A DNA stretch of 20,000 nt from the IMG/VR virus record IMGVR_UViG_3300001460_000019, positions 55,416-75,415 of that record; one strand, given 5' to 3'. This stretch comes from an uncultured virus (IMG/VR IMGVR_UViG_3300001460_000019). Taxonomy: Duplodnaviria; Heunggongvirae; Uroviricota; Caudoviricetes. The notes beneath the pieces are model-generated. The model was not told the origin of the DNA. It worked only from the letters and a program-made list of their open reading frames with translations, and did no database searches. Each line of letters begins with the position of its first letter. Position 1 is the stretch's first letter. The translations under genes and the position numbers were made by a program. Positions 1 through 9,377 of this stretch are shown here, one piece after another.

Positions 1-452
1 CAGGTAACGTAACTATTGCCTCATACGCAAACATCAGAGCCGACGTTGCAACATTAACAGCAACAACGGCAAGATATGCGGATTTGGCTGAGAGATACGA
101 AGCAGATGCACAATACGACGCAGGTACAGTAATGGTATTTGGTGGTGACAAAGAAGTTTCAATGTCAGCAACAGAATACGATCACAGAGTAGCAGGCGTT
201 ATTTCTTCAGCACCAGGTTACATGATGAACTCAGAAGCAGGCGATGACGCAACTCATCCATACGTAGCACTTACAGGTAGAGTGCCATGTAAAGTAACAG
301 GTTCGATCAAAAAAGGTGACTTACTAACTTCATCAGCAATGGCGGGACACGCTATGGCGGGCGAAGGTAAAGCAGGTCATATGATTGGTAAAGCAATGGA
401 AGATTTTGACGGCGAAACAGGTGTTATTGAAGTATTAGTGAACTTAATGTAG
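1..452 (+). CDS. 3' end of tail fibre/spike protein with C-terminal intramolecular chaperone (Peptidase_G2/IMC-like) domain; 5' truncated by the window
   Basis: Frame is open from position 3 (GNVTIASYANIRADVATLTATTARYADLAERYEAD...), so the ORF-track start at 84 is internal. Motifs ADLAERY..D..Y..GTV...GG, VAGVISSAPGYMMN, VALTGRVPCKVTG.IKKGDLL and IGKAMEDF are typical of phage tail-fibre C-terminal chaperone domains. Confidence 0.8.
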   Translation, partial: GNVTIASYANIRADVATLTATTARYADLAERYEADAQYDAGTVMVFGGDKEVSMSATEYDHRVAGVISSAPGYMMNSEAGDDATHPYVALTGRVPCKVTGSIKKGDLLTSSAMAGHAMAGEGKAGHMIGKAMEDFDGETGVIEVLVNLM

Positions 453-469
453 TAGAGGAGATATAAATT

Positions 470-745
470 ATGGCAAACATGAGATATTTTAACCTTAAAA
501 CATTAGCGAATGTAAAGGTAAGAAACTTAGACGTTAATTCAAACGTTAGAAGAGTTTTTGATCCTATGCACACTGATTTAAATAATTACGGTTTAGTAAC
601 TGAAGCAGATTCACTTTTCCCACAGCACAACTTAGGTGCAGGTGAGGCAGGTATGGGCTTTCTTCATAACTTTATGGATTACGGATCAGTAGCTGACGCA
701 GTTGTTTCAAGTGGTGGTAATTACGACTACGGAACAATAGCTTAA
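470..745 (+). CDS. hypothetical protein (91 aa), probably virion-associated
   Basis: GAGGAG RBS upstream, codon usage like the flanking structural genes, repeated (D/N)YG motifs (NNYG, MDYG, YDYG), followed by a terminator. Confidence 0.75.
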   Translation: MANMRYFNLKTLANVKVRNLDVNSNVRRVFDPMHTDLNNYGLVTEADSLFPQHNLGAGEAGMGFLHNFMDYGSVADAVVSSGGNYDYGTIA

Positions 746-770
746 GACTTTTAAATAACGAAGTTTAAAA

Positions 771-799
771 AGGGCTGTGGCAACATGGCCCTTTTTTTA
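771..799 (+). terminator. Rho-independent terminator
   Basis: Stem AGGGCTGTG / CATGGCCCT with GCAA (GNRA) loop, followed by a T run; an A run upstream suggests it may be bidirectional. Confidence 0.85.
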
Positions 800-982
800 T
801 GGCTTGAACACCAATTAGAATTTCTATTATGTTATAATAGTATTTAATATACGCATTTTAATTGTTGTTCTATATAATAAATATAACTAACCACTCCGAA
901 CGAAAGTGGATTATATAACAATGAGGCAGACCCTCCCAAATACGTTAAAATATAATATAGCTTATTAAAGGGAGAATTTATA

Positions 983-3900
983 ATGGCTAACATTAAAAAC
1001 TTCGGTTTAGCTGGTATTGGCTCAGACGTACAATTTGGTAAATCAGGTGGTAGATTGGTATACGATTCATCATCAGCATTTTTCAAATTTACAACTGACG
1101 GCAGTACATTAACACAAATCAGAGCGGCTTCTCCATCAAACGCAACTGACGTAGCAACAAAATCTTATGTTGATGCTACTAAATCAGGCCTTGATGTAAA
1201 AGACTCTGTACGTGCGGCTACAACTGGCAACATAACTATCGCAACTGGCTTAAATGTAGGTGACGCAATCGACGGCGTAACACTTGCAGACGGTGATAGA
1301 GTACTAGTTAAGAACCAAACTACTGGTTCTGAAAACGGTATCTACACAGCAGGTGCATCTCCGGCAAGAGCAACTGATTTCGATGAGAACTCAGAAGTAA
1401 CTGCTGGTGCTTTCTTCTTCGTAGAAGAAGGTTCAACTAACGCTGACTCTGGTTTCGTTATCTCAACAGATGATGATATCACAGTTGGTTCAACATCAAT
1501 TGCGTTTACTCAGTTCTCAGGTACAGGTCAAATTGTAGCTGGTAACGGTTTAGACAAAACTGGTAACACACTGAGCGCCAATGTAGATGATTCATCACTT
1601 GAAATCAACTCAGACGCACTTAGAATTAAATCAACGTATGCAGGTCAAACATCACTTACAACTTTAGGTACTATTTCAACTGGTACTTGGAATGCAACTG
1701 ATATTGGCGTAGCACACGGTGGTACAGGCGCTTCATCAGCCGCTGATGCTAGAACTAACTTAGGTTTAGCAATCGGTTCTGACGTACAGGCGTTTGACGC
1801 ACAATTGGCTGACATTGCTGGCTTAACTCCAACAGACGGAAACATCATCATTGGTGATGGTTCAAACTTTGTATTAGAGTCAGGCGCAACAGCAAGAGCA
1901 TCATTAGGTTTAACTATTGGTACTCACGTACAGGCATTTGATGCACAGTTGGCTTCTATTGCAGGCTTGGCAGACACAGACGGTAAATTCATCGTAGGTT
2001 CAGCTTCAGGTTTCGTAGCAGAAGACGGCAACACAGCAAGAACATCACTAGGCTTAGGCACTGGTGACACACCAACTTTCACAGGTGCGGCAATGGGTTC
2101 AGCGGCTATTACAGGCGTTGCAGATCCATCGAACGCTCAAGATGCGGCTACTAAGGCGTATGTTGATGCCTCAATTGCTTCATCAAACGAAATCGGTGAA
2201 TTATCTGACGTAAACATTACATCACCAGCAGACGGTTCTATGTTATTATATGACACAGGCAACTCTGTTTGGATTGATTCAGCTATGTCAGGTGACGCTA
2301 CATTGGCAGACACAGGTGCAATTACACTTGCTAACTCTGATGCAACTAGAACAAACCTAGGTTTGGCTATTGGTACAAATGTTCAGGCATTTGACGCACA
2401 ATTGGCTGATATCGCAGGTTTAACTCCAACTGATGGTAACATCATTATTGGTGACGGTTCAAACTTCGTATTAGAATCAGGTGCAACAGCAAGAACTTCT
2501 TTAGGTTTAGGCACAATTGCAACACAGGCGGCTAATAACGTAGCAGTAACAGGTGGTTCAATCACTGGTGTTACTACTTTCTCAACTGGTACATTAGGTT
2601 CAACAGCAACTATTGATGGTTCAATGGCTATCACTGGTGACCTAGCAGTAACAGGTGACTTAACTGTTTCAGGTAACTCTATTACTTTAGACGTTGGAAC
2701 AGTTACATCAGAAGACAAATACATGCAAGTAAACAGTGGTGCTACATCACAAGAAACTGGTTTAGCTGGTGGTATCGAGATCAAAAGATCAAATACTGCT
2801 GACACAGACCAATTTGCATTTGTTAACTTTGATGATTCAAATGACTCTTTCACATTCAAAACTGGTTCAGCTAACCAGGCTTCAGTAGCAGACGCAACTA
2901 TGCGTTTTGGTACAATTGCCGCTGGTACATGGAACGGTTCTGTAATAGGAAGAACATACGGTGGCTTTGGTACTTCAATCTCAGGTCACGGTACAAACTC
3001 ACTTGTTGAAGCAGACGGCGGCGAAATCGGCGTAGGTTCAGCGGGTCAATACTTAAGATCAGACGGAACTAACTTCTCAGCTTCTGGATTAGCGGCATCA
3101 GATTTATCTGGTACTGTTGCGGCGGCAAACGGTGGTTTAGGTACAAACATCTCTTCTTTCTCACAAAGCTCTATCATCACTACAGACGGTGACGGTACAG
3201 TTTCAGAGTTAGGCAAAGGTGCAAACTCAACTGTTCTTAAAGTAAGTTCAGGTGGTTCTCTAGCATACGCAAAAGTTGATATGACAGCAGACATCACAGG
3301 AGCAACTCCAGTAGCAAACGGTGGTACAGGTTTAACAGCAGTTGGTACAGTAAACAAATACTTAAGATCAACTGGTTCAGTTAACCAATACGACTATGTT
3401 ACTGCATTAAGAGATGCGGCTGGTACATCAGCAATTGAAGTTTCAGGTACATTAACTGATAACATCAAATTGGTAATGACTAATGCGGCAGACAAAGTAA
3501 CATTACAAGCTACAGATCCAGATGACGGTGCGGCAAACATCGACCTAGTTCTTAAAGGACAAGGCGACGGTGTTGTTGTAATTTCTGAATCTTCAGGTGG
3601 TAACTCACTTGTAATGGCTGATGATAACTTAGACTTAACAGTATCAGGTGGTGCGGCTTCAGGCGCGGCGGCTGGTGATGCAGTTATCAAAGGTGGTAAC
3701 GGTACAGGTGCTCACGCATCAGGTGACGTTTTAATTAAAGGTGGTACTGGCGGTGCTTCAGAAGGTAAAGTAAAAGTACTTGACTCTTCTAACAATGAGA
3801 TTGCTATTTTCGAAAGAACAGCTTCGGCTATCAACGAAATTTCAATCACTAACGCGGCGGCTTCAGGTGCTCCTTCAATTGCATCAACTGGTGGCGACAC

Positions 3901-4390
3901 AAACATTTCATTAACACTATCTCCAAAAGGTACTGGTGTAATCACAACTTATGATGGTTACGAAGCAAACGTATCTGGCGATGACGATCTTGTTACTAAG
4001 AAATGGGTTGAAGACAACGTTGTACAAACTGTTGATGATCTAACTATTAGAACAGCAGTAGGTACTGGCGCTTCTTCAGTAACAATTGGAACTATGCCAA
4101 ACGCAGGTTCAACAACTTACTATGTATCAAAAGTAACTGTTCACGTAGCAACAGGCTTCTCAGGTGATTCAGTGGATCACATCACAGTTAGTGATGGTTC
4201 ATTAGCACTTGTGGCTGACGCAGACGCGGACGTTTCAACTGCTGGTTCATACGTAGTTGACCTTCCGTTTGCAACAGCAACGGCTGGTGGCGCAACAATT
4301 ACATTAGCATTTTTAAAATCTAATGCTTCAGCGTCAACACCAACAGGTGGTTCTGCAGTAGTTACAGTTGAATATAAAGCATTAACATAA
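983..4390 (+). CDS. large tail fibre / structural protein (1135 aa, Gly/Ala/Ser/Thr-rich)
   Basis: GGGAG RBS; phage fibre motifs DVKDSVRAATTGNI...GDRVLVKNQT...ENGIY, D(V/A)ATK.YVD stalk motifs, GTWN...I...GG motifs and 48-aa internal repeats. Confidence 0.8.
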   Translation: MANIKNFGLAGIGSDVQFGKSGGRLVYDSSSAFFKFTTDGSTLTQIRAASPSNATDVATKSYVDATKSGLDVKDSVRAATTGNITIATGLNVGDAIDGVTLADGDRVLVKNQTTGSENGIYTAGASPARATDFDENSEVTAGAFFFVEEGSTNADSGFVISTDDDITVGSTSIAFTQFSGTGQIVAGNGLDKTGNTLSANVDDSSLEINSDALRIKSTYAGQTSLTTLGTISTGTWNATDIGVAHGGTGASSAADARTNLGLAIGSDVQAFDAQLADIAGLTPTDGNIIIGDGSNFVLESGATARASLGLTIGTHVQAFDAQLASIAGLADTDGKFIVGSASGFVAEDGNTARTSLGLGTGDTPTFTGAAMGSAAITGVADPSNAQDAATKAYVDASIASSNEIGELSDVNITSPADGSMLLYDTGNSVWIDSAMSGDATLADTGAITLANSDATRTNLGLAIGTNVQAFDAQLADIAGLTPTDGNIIIGDGSNFVLESGATARTSLGLGTIATQAANNVAVTGGSITGVTTFSTGTLGSTATIDGSMAITGDLAVTGDLTVSGNSITLDVGTVTSEDKYMQVNSGATSQETGLAGGIEIKRSNTADTDQFAFVNFDDSNDSFTFKTGSANQASVADATMRFGTIAAGTWNGSVIGRTYGGFGTSISGHGTNSLVEADGGEIGVGSAGQYLRSDGTNFSASGLAASDLSGTVAAANGGLGTNISSFSQSSIITTDGDGTVSELGKGANSTVLKVSSGGSLAYAKVDMTADITGATPVANGGTGLTAVGTVNKYLRSTGSVNQYDYVTALRDAAGTSAIEVSGTLTDNIKLVMTNAADKVTLQATDPDDGAANIDLVLKGQGDGVVVISESSGGNSLVMADDNLDLTVSGGAASGAAAGDAVIKGGNGTGAHASGDVLIKGGTGGASEGKVKVLDSSNNEIAIFERTASAINEISITNAAASGAPSIASTGGDTNISLTLSPKGTGVITTYDGYEANVSGDDDLVTKKWVEDNVVQTVDDLTIRTAVGTGASSVTIGTMPNAGSTTYYVSKVTVHVATGFSGDSVDHITVSDGSLALVADADADVSTAGSYVVDLPFATATAGGATITLAFLKSNASASTPTGGSAVVTVEYKALT
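1751..2491 (+). repeat. 48-aa internal repeat in the tail fibre: copies at 1751-1894, 1895-2038 and 2348-2491
   Basis: RTNLGLAIG(SD/TN)VQAFDAQLADIAGLTPTDGNIIIGDGSNFVLESGATA; copies 1 and 3 are 46/48 identical in protein, copy 2 is more divergent. Confidence 0.9.
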
Positions 4391-4445
4391 TAGGTTAGTT
4401 TAGGCTAACTTATTAGTTAGACAAACACTATTAATAATACTTTGG

Positions 4446-4476
4446 GCGGGGATTGGAAACAGTCCCCGCTTTTTTT
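4446..4476 (+). terminator. Rho-independent terminator
   Basis: GCGGGGATTG-GAAA-CAGTCCCCGC followed by T7, downstream of the tail fibre gene. Confidence 0.9.
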
Positions 4477-4511
4477 ATGATAAATACTGTTCGTTTACAA
4501 AGGAGTAAATT

Positions 4512-4679
4512 ATGAAAATGTTTGATAAGATCAAAGGTTCAATTAAGACAGCTCAAGACAAGGCTAAAGCTATGGGCAGTTCTGCTAAAGCATCAATGAA
4601 TAAAGCTAAAGACGGAACTAAAAACATGGGTTCAAAAGTTAGTTCATCAATAAAAAAATTAAACCCATTTAAAAAATAA
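4512..4679 (+). CDS. small Lys-rich basic protein (55 aa), not in the ORF track
   Basis: AGGAG RBS at 4501-4505 and ATAAATA at 4480-4486 upstream. Translation MKMFDKIKGSIKTAQDKAKAMGSSAKASMNKAKDGTKNMGSKVSSSIKKLNPFKK*. Confidence 0.75.
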   Translation: MKMFDKIKGSIKTAQDKAKAMGSSAKASMNKAKDGTKNMGSKVSSSIKKLNPFKK

Positions 4680-4706
4680 GTTGCTGTATAACTACACATA
4701 GAAACC

Positions 4707-4714
4707 TATAAATA
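4707..4714 (+). promoter_or_regulatory. T4-type late promoter (TATAAATA) for the tRNA
   Basis: Exact T4 gp55 late -10 consensus 6 nt before the tRNA 5' end. Confidence 0.6.
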
Positions 4715-4720
4715 ATAGTA

Positions 4721-4794
4721 TGCAGTGTAGTGTAGTGGTAACACGTTAGTCTCAGTAGCTAGAGTTATGAGTTCAATTCTCATCACTGCTACCA
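4721..4794 (+). tRNA. atypical tRNA, anticodon CAG (nominally Leu), encoded CCA
   Basis: Cloverleaf: acceptor TGCAGTG/CACTGCT + ACCA; D stem GTGT/ACAC with AGTGGTA loop; anticodon stem TTAGT/GCTAG with loop CTCAGTA; 4-nt variable loop; T stem ATGAG/CTCAT with TTCAATT loop. Confidence 0.85.
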
Positions 4795-4966
4795 AAATAT
4801 TAATAGGGCTTTTAATATGAATATAATTTTACCTGTTAATATTTTTTGAGATACATATAAATATTTTTATAGCACACCAAAGAGGGACTCGCGTTATATA
4901 CTTTGGGTGCTGTCAATTATTTTCTATACACAAAAATTATATAAGAGTATAAGGGGTTTAATCCTC

Positions 4967-6175
4967 TTATACTCTACTATTAATTTTATTATATATTGTA
5001 CACATGTCTTTCGCTGAATAGTTTCTAATATGATCATAGTAGGATAAAAAGTTTTTTGTGTCTTTCCATGTTAAATGACTGTTTGCTTTTTCTATAATGC
5101 TTGTAAAACTTTTTACTTGCGGATATGTTTCAATGTAAGGTTGACATTCTTTTATTATTTGTGTTCTTATTTCTTTTGGAACAATACCAATATTAAGTGC
5201 TTCAGGCCACATAACTAGTACCGGTGAAAATTTAGTAAAGTTATATTCTTTACCATATTTTAATAAGTCTGGCAATTGATCTAAATTTAATAATTGTATT
5301 GCTGACGTTAGTGTTGACTTAATATTACTATATTGTTTAATAGTTTCATTAAATGATTGCTGTATTTGTTTTGTCTTTTCCCATTTACCAGGCCATCTAA
5401 TATATTCAAATGTACTACCTATACCATCTGTAGACCAGTTTATATCTACAAGTTTAAACTTACTAAAAATAGGTATCCATTTAGTTACATCAGTTGTGCC
5501 ATTTGTAACAATAATAACTTCTATGTTTTTAGCATATGATGTTTGTGAAAGTTTTTGTATAAATTCTTTAAACCCATCTAATAATGTTGGTTCGCCACCT
5601 GTAAACTTTAATCTTAGTAAGTTTGGTGCCTGCTCTAATAACTCTTGTAAGTTATTTCTATCAAAGTCATTGTCTTCACCGGTTGATACTATTAATTCTT
5701 TTAGATCATTAGGCACAGGGTATTTTTGCTTTTCTTTTGTATGTAAGGAAGAACTATGTCCATCACACATTACACACGCAAGATTACATTTGTTACCAAA
5801 CTTTAGATCTAAAGTTCTAAGTGTTAAGCCACCTTGTTCTTTTATTTTTTGTACCGTTCCCGGAAATTTATTTTCTATTTCAATTGATTGATTAAGTCTT
5901 TTACTTAATGAATATGCTCCGTCTTTTTCATATTGATAACACCTACGACATTCTTTAATAGGTTTGTTACTTAACATTTTTTCTCTTATATTATTTAGAA
6001 CGTTATTATTTTTCCATGTATCAATTATTTGATTATTGTACATGTCTGAATCTATTGTATCTGAAAAACAACACAATTGCCCGTGTCCTTGTGCTGTATT
6101 ACATATTTCTGTAAAAGGCAACACACAAAAAGAATTACCGTGTTCTTTAATAAACTTTTGATAGTCTTTATGCAT
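4967..6175 (-). CDS. radical SAM protein with N-terminal twitch/SPASM-like Cys domain
   Basis: CNLACVMC (CxxxCxxC), FTGGEP, VTNGT and STDG motifs; N-terminal CVLPF...LCC...CRRC auxiliary Fe-S motif. Confidence 0.9.
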   Translation of the reverse strand: MHKDYQKFIKEHGNSFCVLPFTEICNTAQGHGQLCCFSDTIDSDMYNNQIIDTWKNNNVLNNIREKMLSNKPIKECRRCYQYEKDGAYSLSKRLNQSIEIENKFPGTVQKIKEQGGLTLRTLDLKFGNKCNLACVMCDGHSSSLHTKEKQKYPVPNDLKELIVSTGEDNDFDRNNLQELLEQAPNLLRLKFTGGEPTLLDGFKEFIQKLSQTSYAKNIEVIIVTNGTTDVTKWIPIFSKFKLVDINWSTDGIGSTFEYIRWPGKWEKTKQIQQSFNETIKQYSNIKSTLTSAIQLLNLDQLPDLLKYGKEYNFTKFSPVLVMWPEALNIGIVPKEIRTQIIKECQPYIETYPQVKSFTSIIEKANSHLTWKDTKNFLSYYDHIRNYSAKDMCTIYNKINSRV

Positions 6176-7451
6176 TCAATGTACCACCTATTACAGGAGT
6201 AAGATTCTTTACTGATTTTTTAAACATTGCTTTAGTTATATCGTGATGCTGTGCTTTAGGTACGCACAAACCACAACCACAAACTTTGTTTGGACAAGTT
6301 ATCACTGGCATAGTTCCGGTAGCAAACTGTTTTTCTAGTTTGTTTATTATTTGATCACACTCAGTAATAGTTCCTATCTCTCCCTTCTTACCTCCAAAAT
6401 TTGCTCTGCATGTTTGATGATGTAATATTTTATTATACTCTTGTTCAATGTGTAGCCAATTCCAATTTATCATGCATGACCATTCTTTATATTCAGTTGA
6501 ACACGCAAATACAGATTTTTTCCAATCATTAGTATCTAGCTTTACATTGTCTTTCTTATATTGATCTTCATCTAGTGTATAAAAAGTTCTTTGCCCACAG
6601 CAAGGTCTTCCTAATGCTTTTCTTGTATTGACTTCTTTTGGTTTTGGTGATATTTCTTTTACTACTTTTGGTTTTTCTTTTAGAGTATGTACAACTTGTT
6701 TTTGTTGTTGTACTTTCTTTTGATCATCTTTATATTCATACTCTGCATCTTTATTTGCATCAGGCTTGTTTATTTTTTTGTTTTTATTTGTCCAATAGTT
6801 TCTAAACCATGCATGTTGTTCCGGAGTATATCGATGTACATACTTACTATCTTCATAGCTTTCACCAATGATACGAGGTACAAACTTTATATTATCGTCT
6901 GTAAACCTATCAACGAGCTTCATACATTCATCAAAGTATTCTGGTTTAGCATGTACCATCAAATTAACTTTATATTTGATTCCTGAGTTATGTAACTGAT
7001 ATATTCTTGCAACTACATTATCTTTTATCTTTTGTTTTGCTTCACAATGATAACTTACTGTAATAGAATCAACAGCTTCTATAAGTTTATCACAATACTT
7101 TTGGCTAAATGCTCCATTAGTAGTAACATCAACTAATACGTCTGGATCATTTTGTGCATGTATGTATTGACACATTTCTAAGAAGTTTGGATTGTTAGTT
7201 GGTTCCCCACCTGTAAAACCAATATTCCACTGTCTATCAAAAGTCATTTGTGATTGCATTAATTTTTTATACTCAAAAACAAATTTACTTGTTTTAATTA
7301 ATGTTTCTAAACTTGCATGTGAAGAAGTATTGTTGTGTCTATGTGCAGGACAATAGGTACAGTCGTAATTACATCTTAATCCTAAATCCCATGTAACTTC
7401 AAATGAATAAGGATTTTGTATATCGTTGTCTATTGCTATTACTTTGCCCAT
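6168..7451 (-). CDS. radical SAM protein with C-terminal Cys-rich extension
   Basis: CNYDCTYC, FTGGEP, TTNG, VSYH; Lys/Gln-rich linker, then PCC...C...C...C...CPNKVCGCGLC. Confidence 0.9.
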   Translation of the reverse strand: MGKVIAIDNDIQNPYSFEVTWDLGLRCNYDCTYCPAHRHNNTSSHASLETLIKTSKFVFEYKKLMQSQMTFDRQWNIGFTGGEPTNNPNFLEMCQYIHAQNDPDVLVDVTTNGAFSQKYCDKLIEAVDSITVSYHCEAKQKIKDNVVARIYQLHNSGIKYKVNLMVHAKPEYFDECMKLVDRFTDDNIKFVPRIIGESYEDSKYVHRYTPEQHAWFRNYWTNKNKKINKPDANKDAEYEYKDDQKKVQQQKQVVHTLKEKPKVVKEISPKPKEVNTRKALGRPCCGQRTFYTLDEDQYKKDNVKLDTNDWKKSVFACSTEYKEWSCMINWNWLHIEQEYNKILHHQTCRANFGGKKGEIGTITECDQIINKLEKQFATGTMPVITCPNKVCGCGLCVPKAQHHDITKAMFKKSVKNLTPVIGGTLNA

Positions 7452-8587
7452 GTTTCAATTTCTTTAAACCAAGATTCAAATTCTGGTCTTATGTTTAGTA
7501 TGTTTGTGTTTCTCACTTTATCAAGTGCATTAATCCAGTTATAAAATTTATGTTGTAATTGTTTTTCTTTTTTAAAACCTGATTGTGGAATTTTAATATC
7601 TTTATTTGTTTCTAACATAGAGTCTGGCAATACCGATCTTACATCTAAGTGTCTTGGAGTATATACATAGTTTACATTATGATATACATTATCAAGGTTT
7701 TGTTCTTTAATCCATTTTTTAGCTAGTTTAGATTGATCATACGTTGTACAATGTATTGTGTCTACTATACTTAATCTTGATGCTACTTTAGATAGTTGTT
7801 TGATATTTTCTTTTATTGTTTCTAAAGTATATATGCCTCCTCTTGAATATTGATAGACATCTTGTTCCCAAGCATCAACACTACATAATAGGTCAACGTT
7901 TTTAAACTTTCTTAAAATAGTATCAATATTTTTATTATATAATGTAAGATTAGTAATGATTGAAAGATTAATACTACTTCTTCCTATACTTAATAGAAAC
8001 TCTAAAAATTCAAATAGCATAGGTTCATAAAAAGGTTCCCCGCCTGATATTTCAACTTTGGTTACTGACTCCCACCATTGTTTACTATTTCTTAACCACC
8101 ACTTGTCTGGTAACTTATCATATGAACTTATTGCTTTTTTAGGAAACATACCAAGTTCAGAAAGTTTTTGCTCGTCTTTTACCCAACCGGTTGATCTTTT
8201 ACTATTACACATTACGCATTTTAAATTACATTTGTTTGAAAAGTCAATTTTTAAAAAGAAAGGATTGTTATTCTGTTTTCCATGAGCTCCAATTACTGGA
8301 TTAGAAAAGTGATTAATTTTATGTCTAACTGATCTAGATCTTTTATTTTCTGTTGTTGTTGCACTGTCTTGAGAAAGACACTGGTCGCATCTACCTTTAG
8401 GTAACGGACCGTTAGCTAATGGCTCAATTGCTTTAATGAATTCCGAAGACTGCATCTTTTTTAGAAAGTCTCCGTCCTTGTCTAGGTTAAATTCCATTGG
8501 TTCACCTAAGGCACAACATGGTGTTATTTTCCTGTCATGTCTAAGCCATATATGAGACGTTCCTGCGTTACACCATTTTTTTGTCAT
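7439..8587 (-). CDS. radical SAM protein with N-terminal twitch/SPASM-like Cys domain
   Basis: CNLKCVMC, ISGGEPF, ITN, SVD; N-terminal WC...PCC...CDQC; same architecture as 4967-6175. Confidence 0.9.
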   Translation of the reverse strand: MTKKWCNAGTSHIWLRHDRKITPCCALGEPMEFNLDKDGDFLKKMQSSEFIKAIEPLANGPLPKGRCDQCLSQDSATTTENKRSRSVRHKINHFSNPVIGAHGKQNNNPFFLKIDFSNKCNLKCVMCNSKRSTGWVKDEQKLSELGMFPKKAISSYDKLPDKWWLRNSKQWWESVTKVEISGGEPFYEPMLFEFLEFLLSIGRSSINLSIITNLTLYNKNIDTILRKFKNVDLLCSVDAWEQDVYQYSRGGIYTLETIKENIKQLSKVASRLSIVDTIHCTTYDQSKLAKKWIKEQNLDNVYHNVNYVYTPRHLDVRSVLPDSMLETNKDIKIPQSGFKKEKQLQHKFYNWINALDKVRNTNILNIRPEFESWFKEIETWAK

Positions 8588-8627
8588 AGTTTTTCTCTAG
8601 TATTGATATATCTATACGTAAATGTAT

Positions 8628-9224
8628 TTATTTGCTGTTTTTGTACGTCTGTGTAACGTAATCGTAGATGTCTTTCCAGTTAGCAACCTGGTGTACATTT
8701 TTATTTGCGTAGTGAATATTGTAAGCATGTTTCATTAGTACAGGCTTTAATCCAACCTTTAATGCGTCTTCTAAGTTAGAAATTCTATCGTCAATGTATA
8801 TTAATCCGCTGTTTTCAAAGTCCATCATAGCATCTAGTTTAGGTGCGCCAGCTGGTAAACATCTTACATCAACAAATACATCAGTGTCAAAGTAATCTTC
8901 AATGTTTAGGTAACGATAATATTGTGCAATCGGTTTATCACTTAATGATGTAATAGCAATAAAATGATAACCTTCTTCGTGTAGCTTCTTAATATATTCT
9001 TCAGACTGTCTCATTGGTTCTAAAACAGAACAAGCCATAGAGGCATTGAACTCTTCTCTTTTCACAGTAGCTTCTTGTAAAGAAATACCAAACTCGTTTT
9101 GTATTTCTGCGTCATGATGTATAACTCCTGTAGAAGAATAGCCTTGCAATTCCATCCACTTTACGAATGCTGTATGCCAATCAAAGACAACTCCATCAAT
9201 ATCTGTTAAAATTATTTTGTCCAC
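8628..9224 (-). CDS. HAD-superfamily phosphatase (5'(3')-deoxyribonucleotidase-like)
   Basis: Motif I ILTDIDGV, motif II AITS, motif IV YIDDR..N, C-terminal HAYN...V.NW..I as in phage 5'-nucleotidases. Confidence 0.85.
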   Translation of the reverse strand: MDKIILTDIDGVVFDWHTAFVKWMELQGYSSTGVIHHDAEIQNEFGISLQEATVKREEFNASMACSVLEPMRQSEEYIKKLHEEGYHFIAITSLSDKPIAQYYRYLNIEDYFDTDVFVDVRCLPAGAPKLDAMMDFENSGLIYIDDRISNLEDALKVGLKPVLMKHAYNIHYANKNVHQVANWKDIYDYVTQTYKNSK

Positions 9225-9377
9225 TCTGCTCTCCCATTATTTGTAGATTGCTCAACCTACATATATATTTACTGTAATTTAGTAGTAGTCAAACATACCA
9301 CTTTAATTAATAAACTTCTGTTAATGGATTCTTGCACTAGTTTTAATAATAAATATGTAAAAGTAAAAAGGTAAAAA

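Noticed and set aside
844..3945. Minus-strand ORFs opposite the tail fibre (844-1086, 1645-1851, 2383-2859, 3046-3357, 3394-3690, 3712-3945)
   Set aside because: Shadow frames produced by the biased codon usage of the real + strand gene; no RBS or recognisable motifs.
4750..4757. Reading the tRNA as a TCA (Sec or opal suppressor) anticodon
   Set aside because: It would require C33 and break the anticodon stem, there is no long variable arm, and the genes read normally in the standard code.
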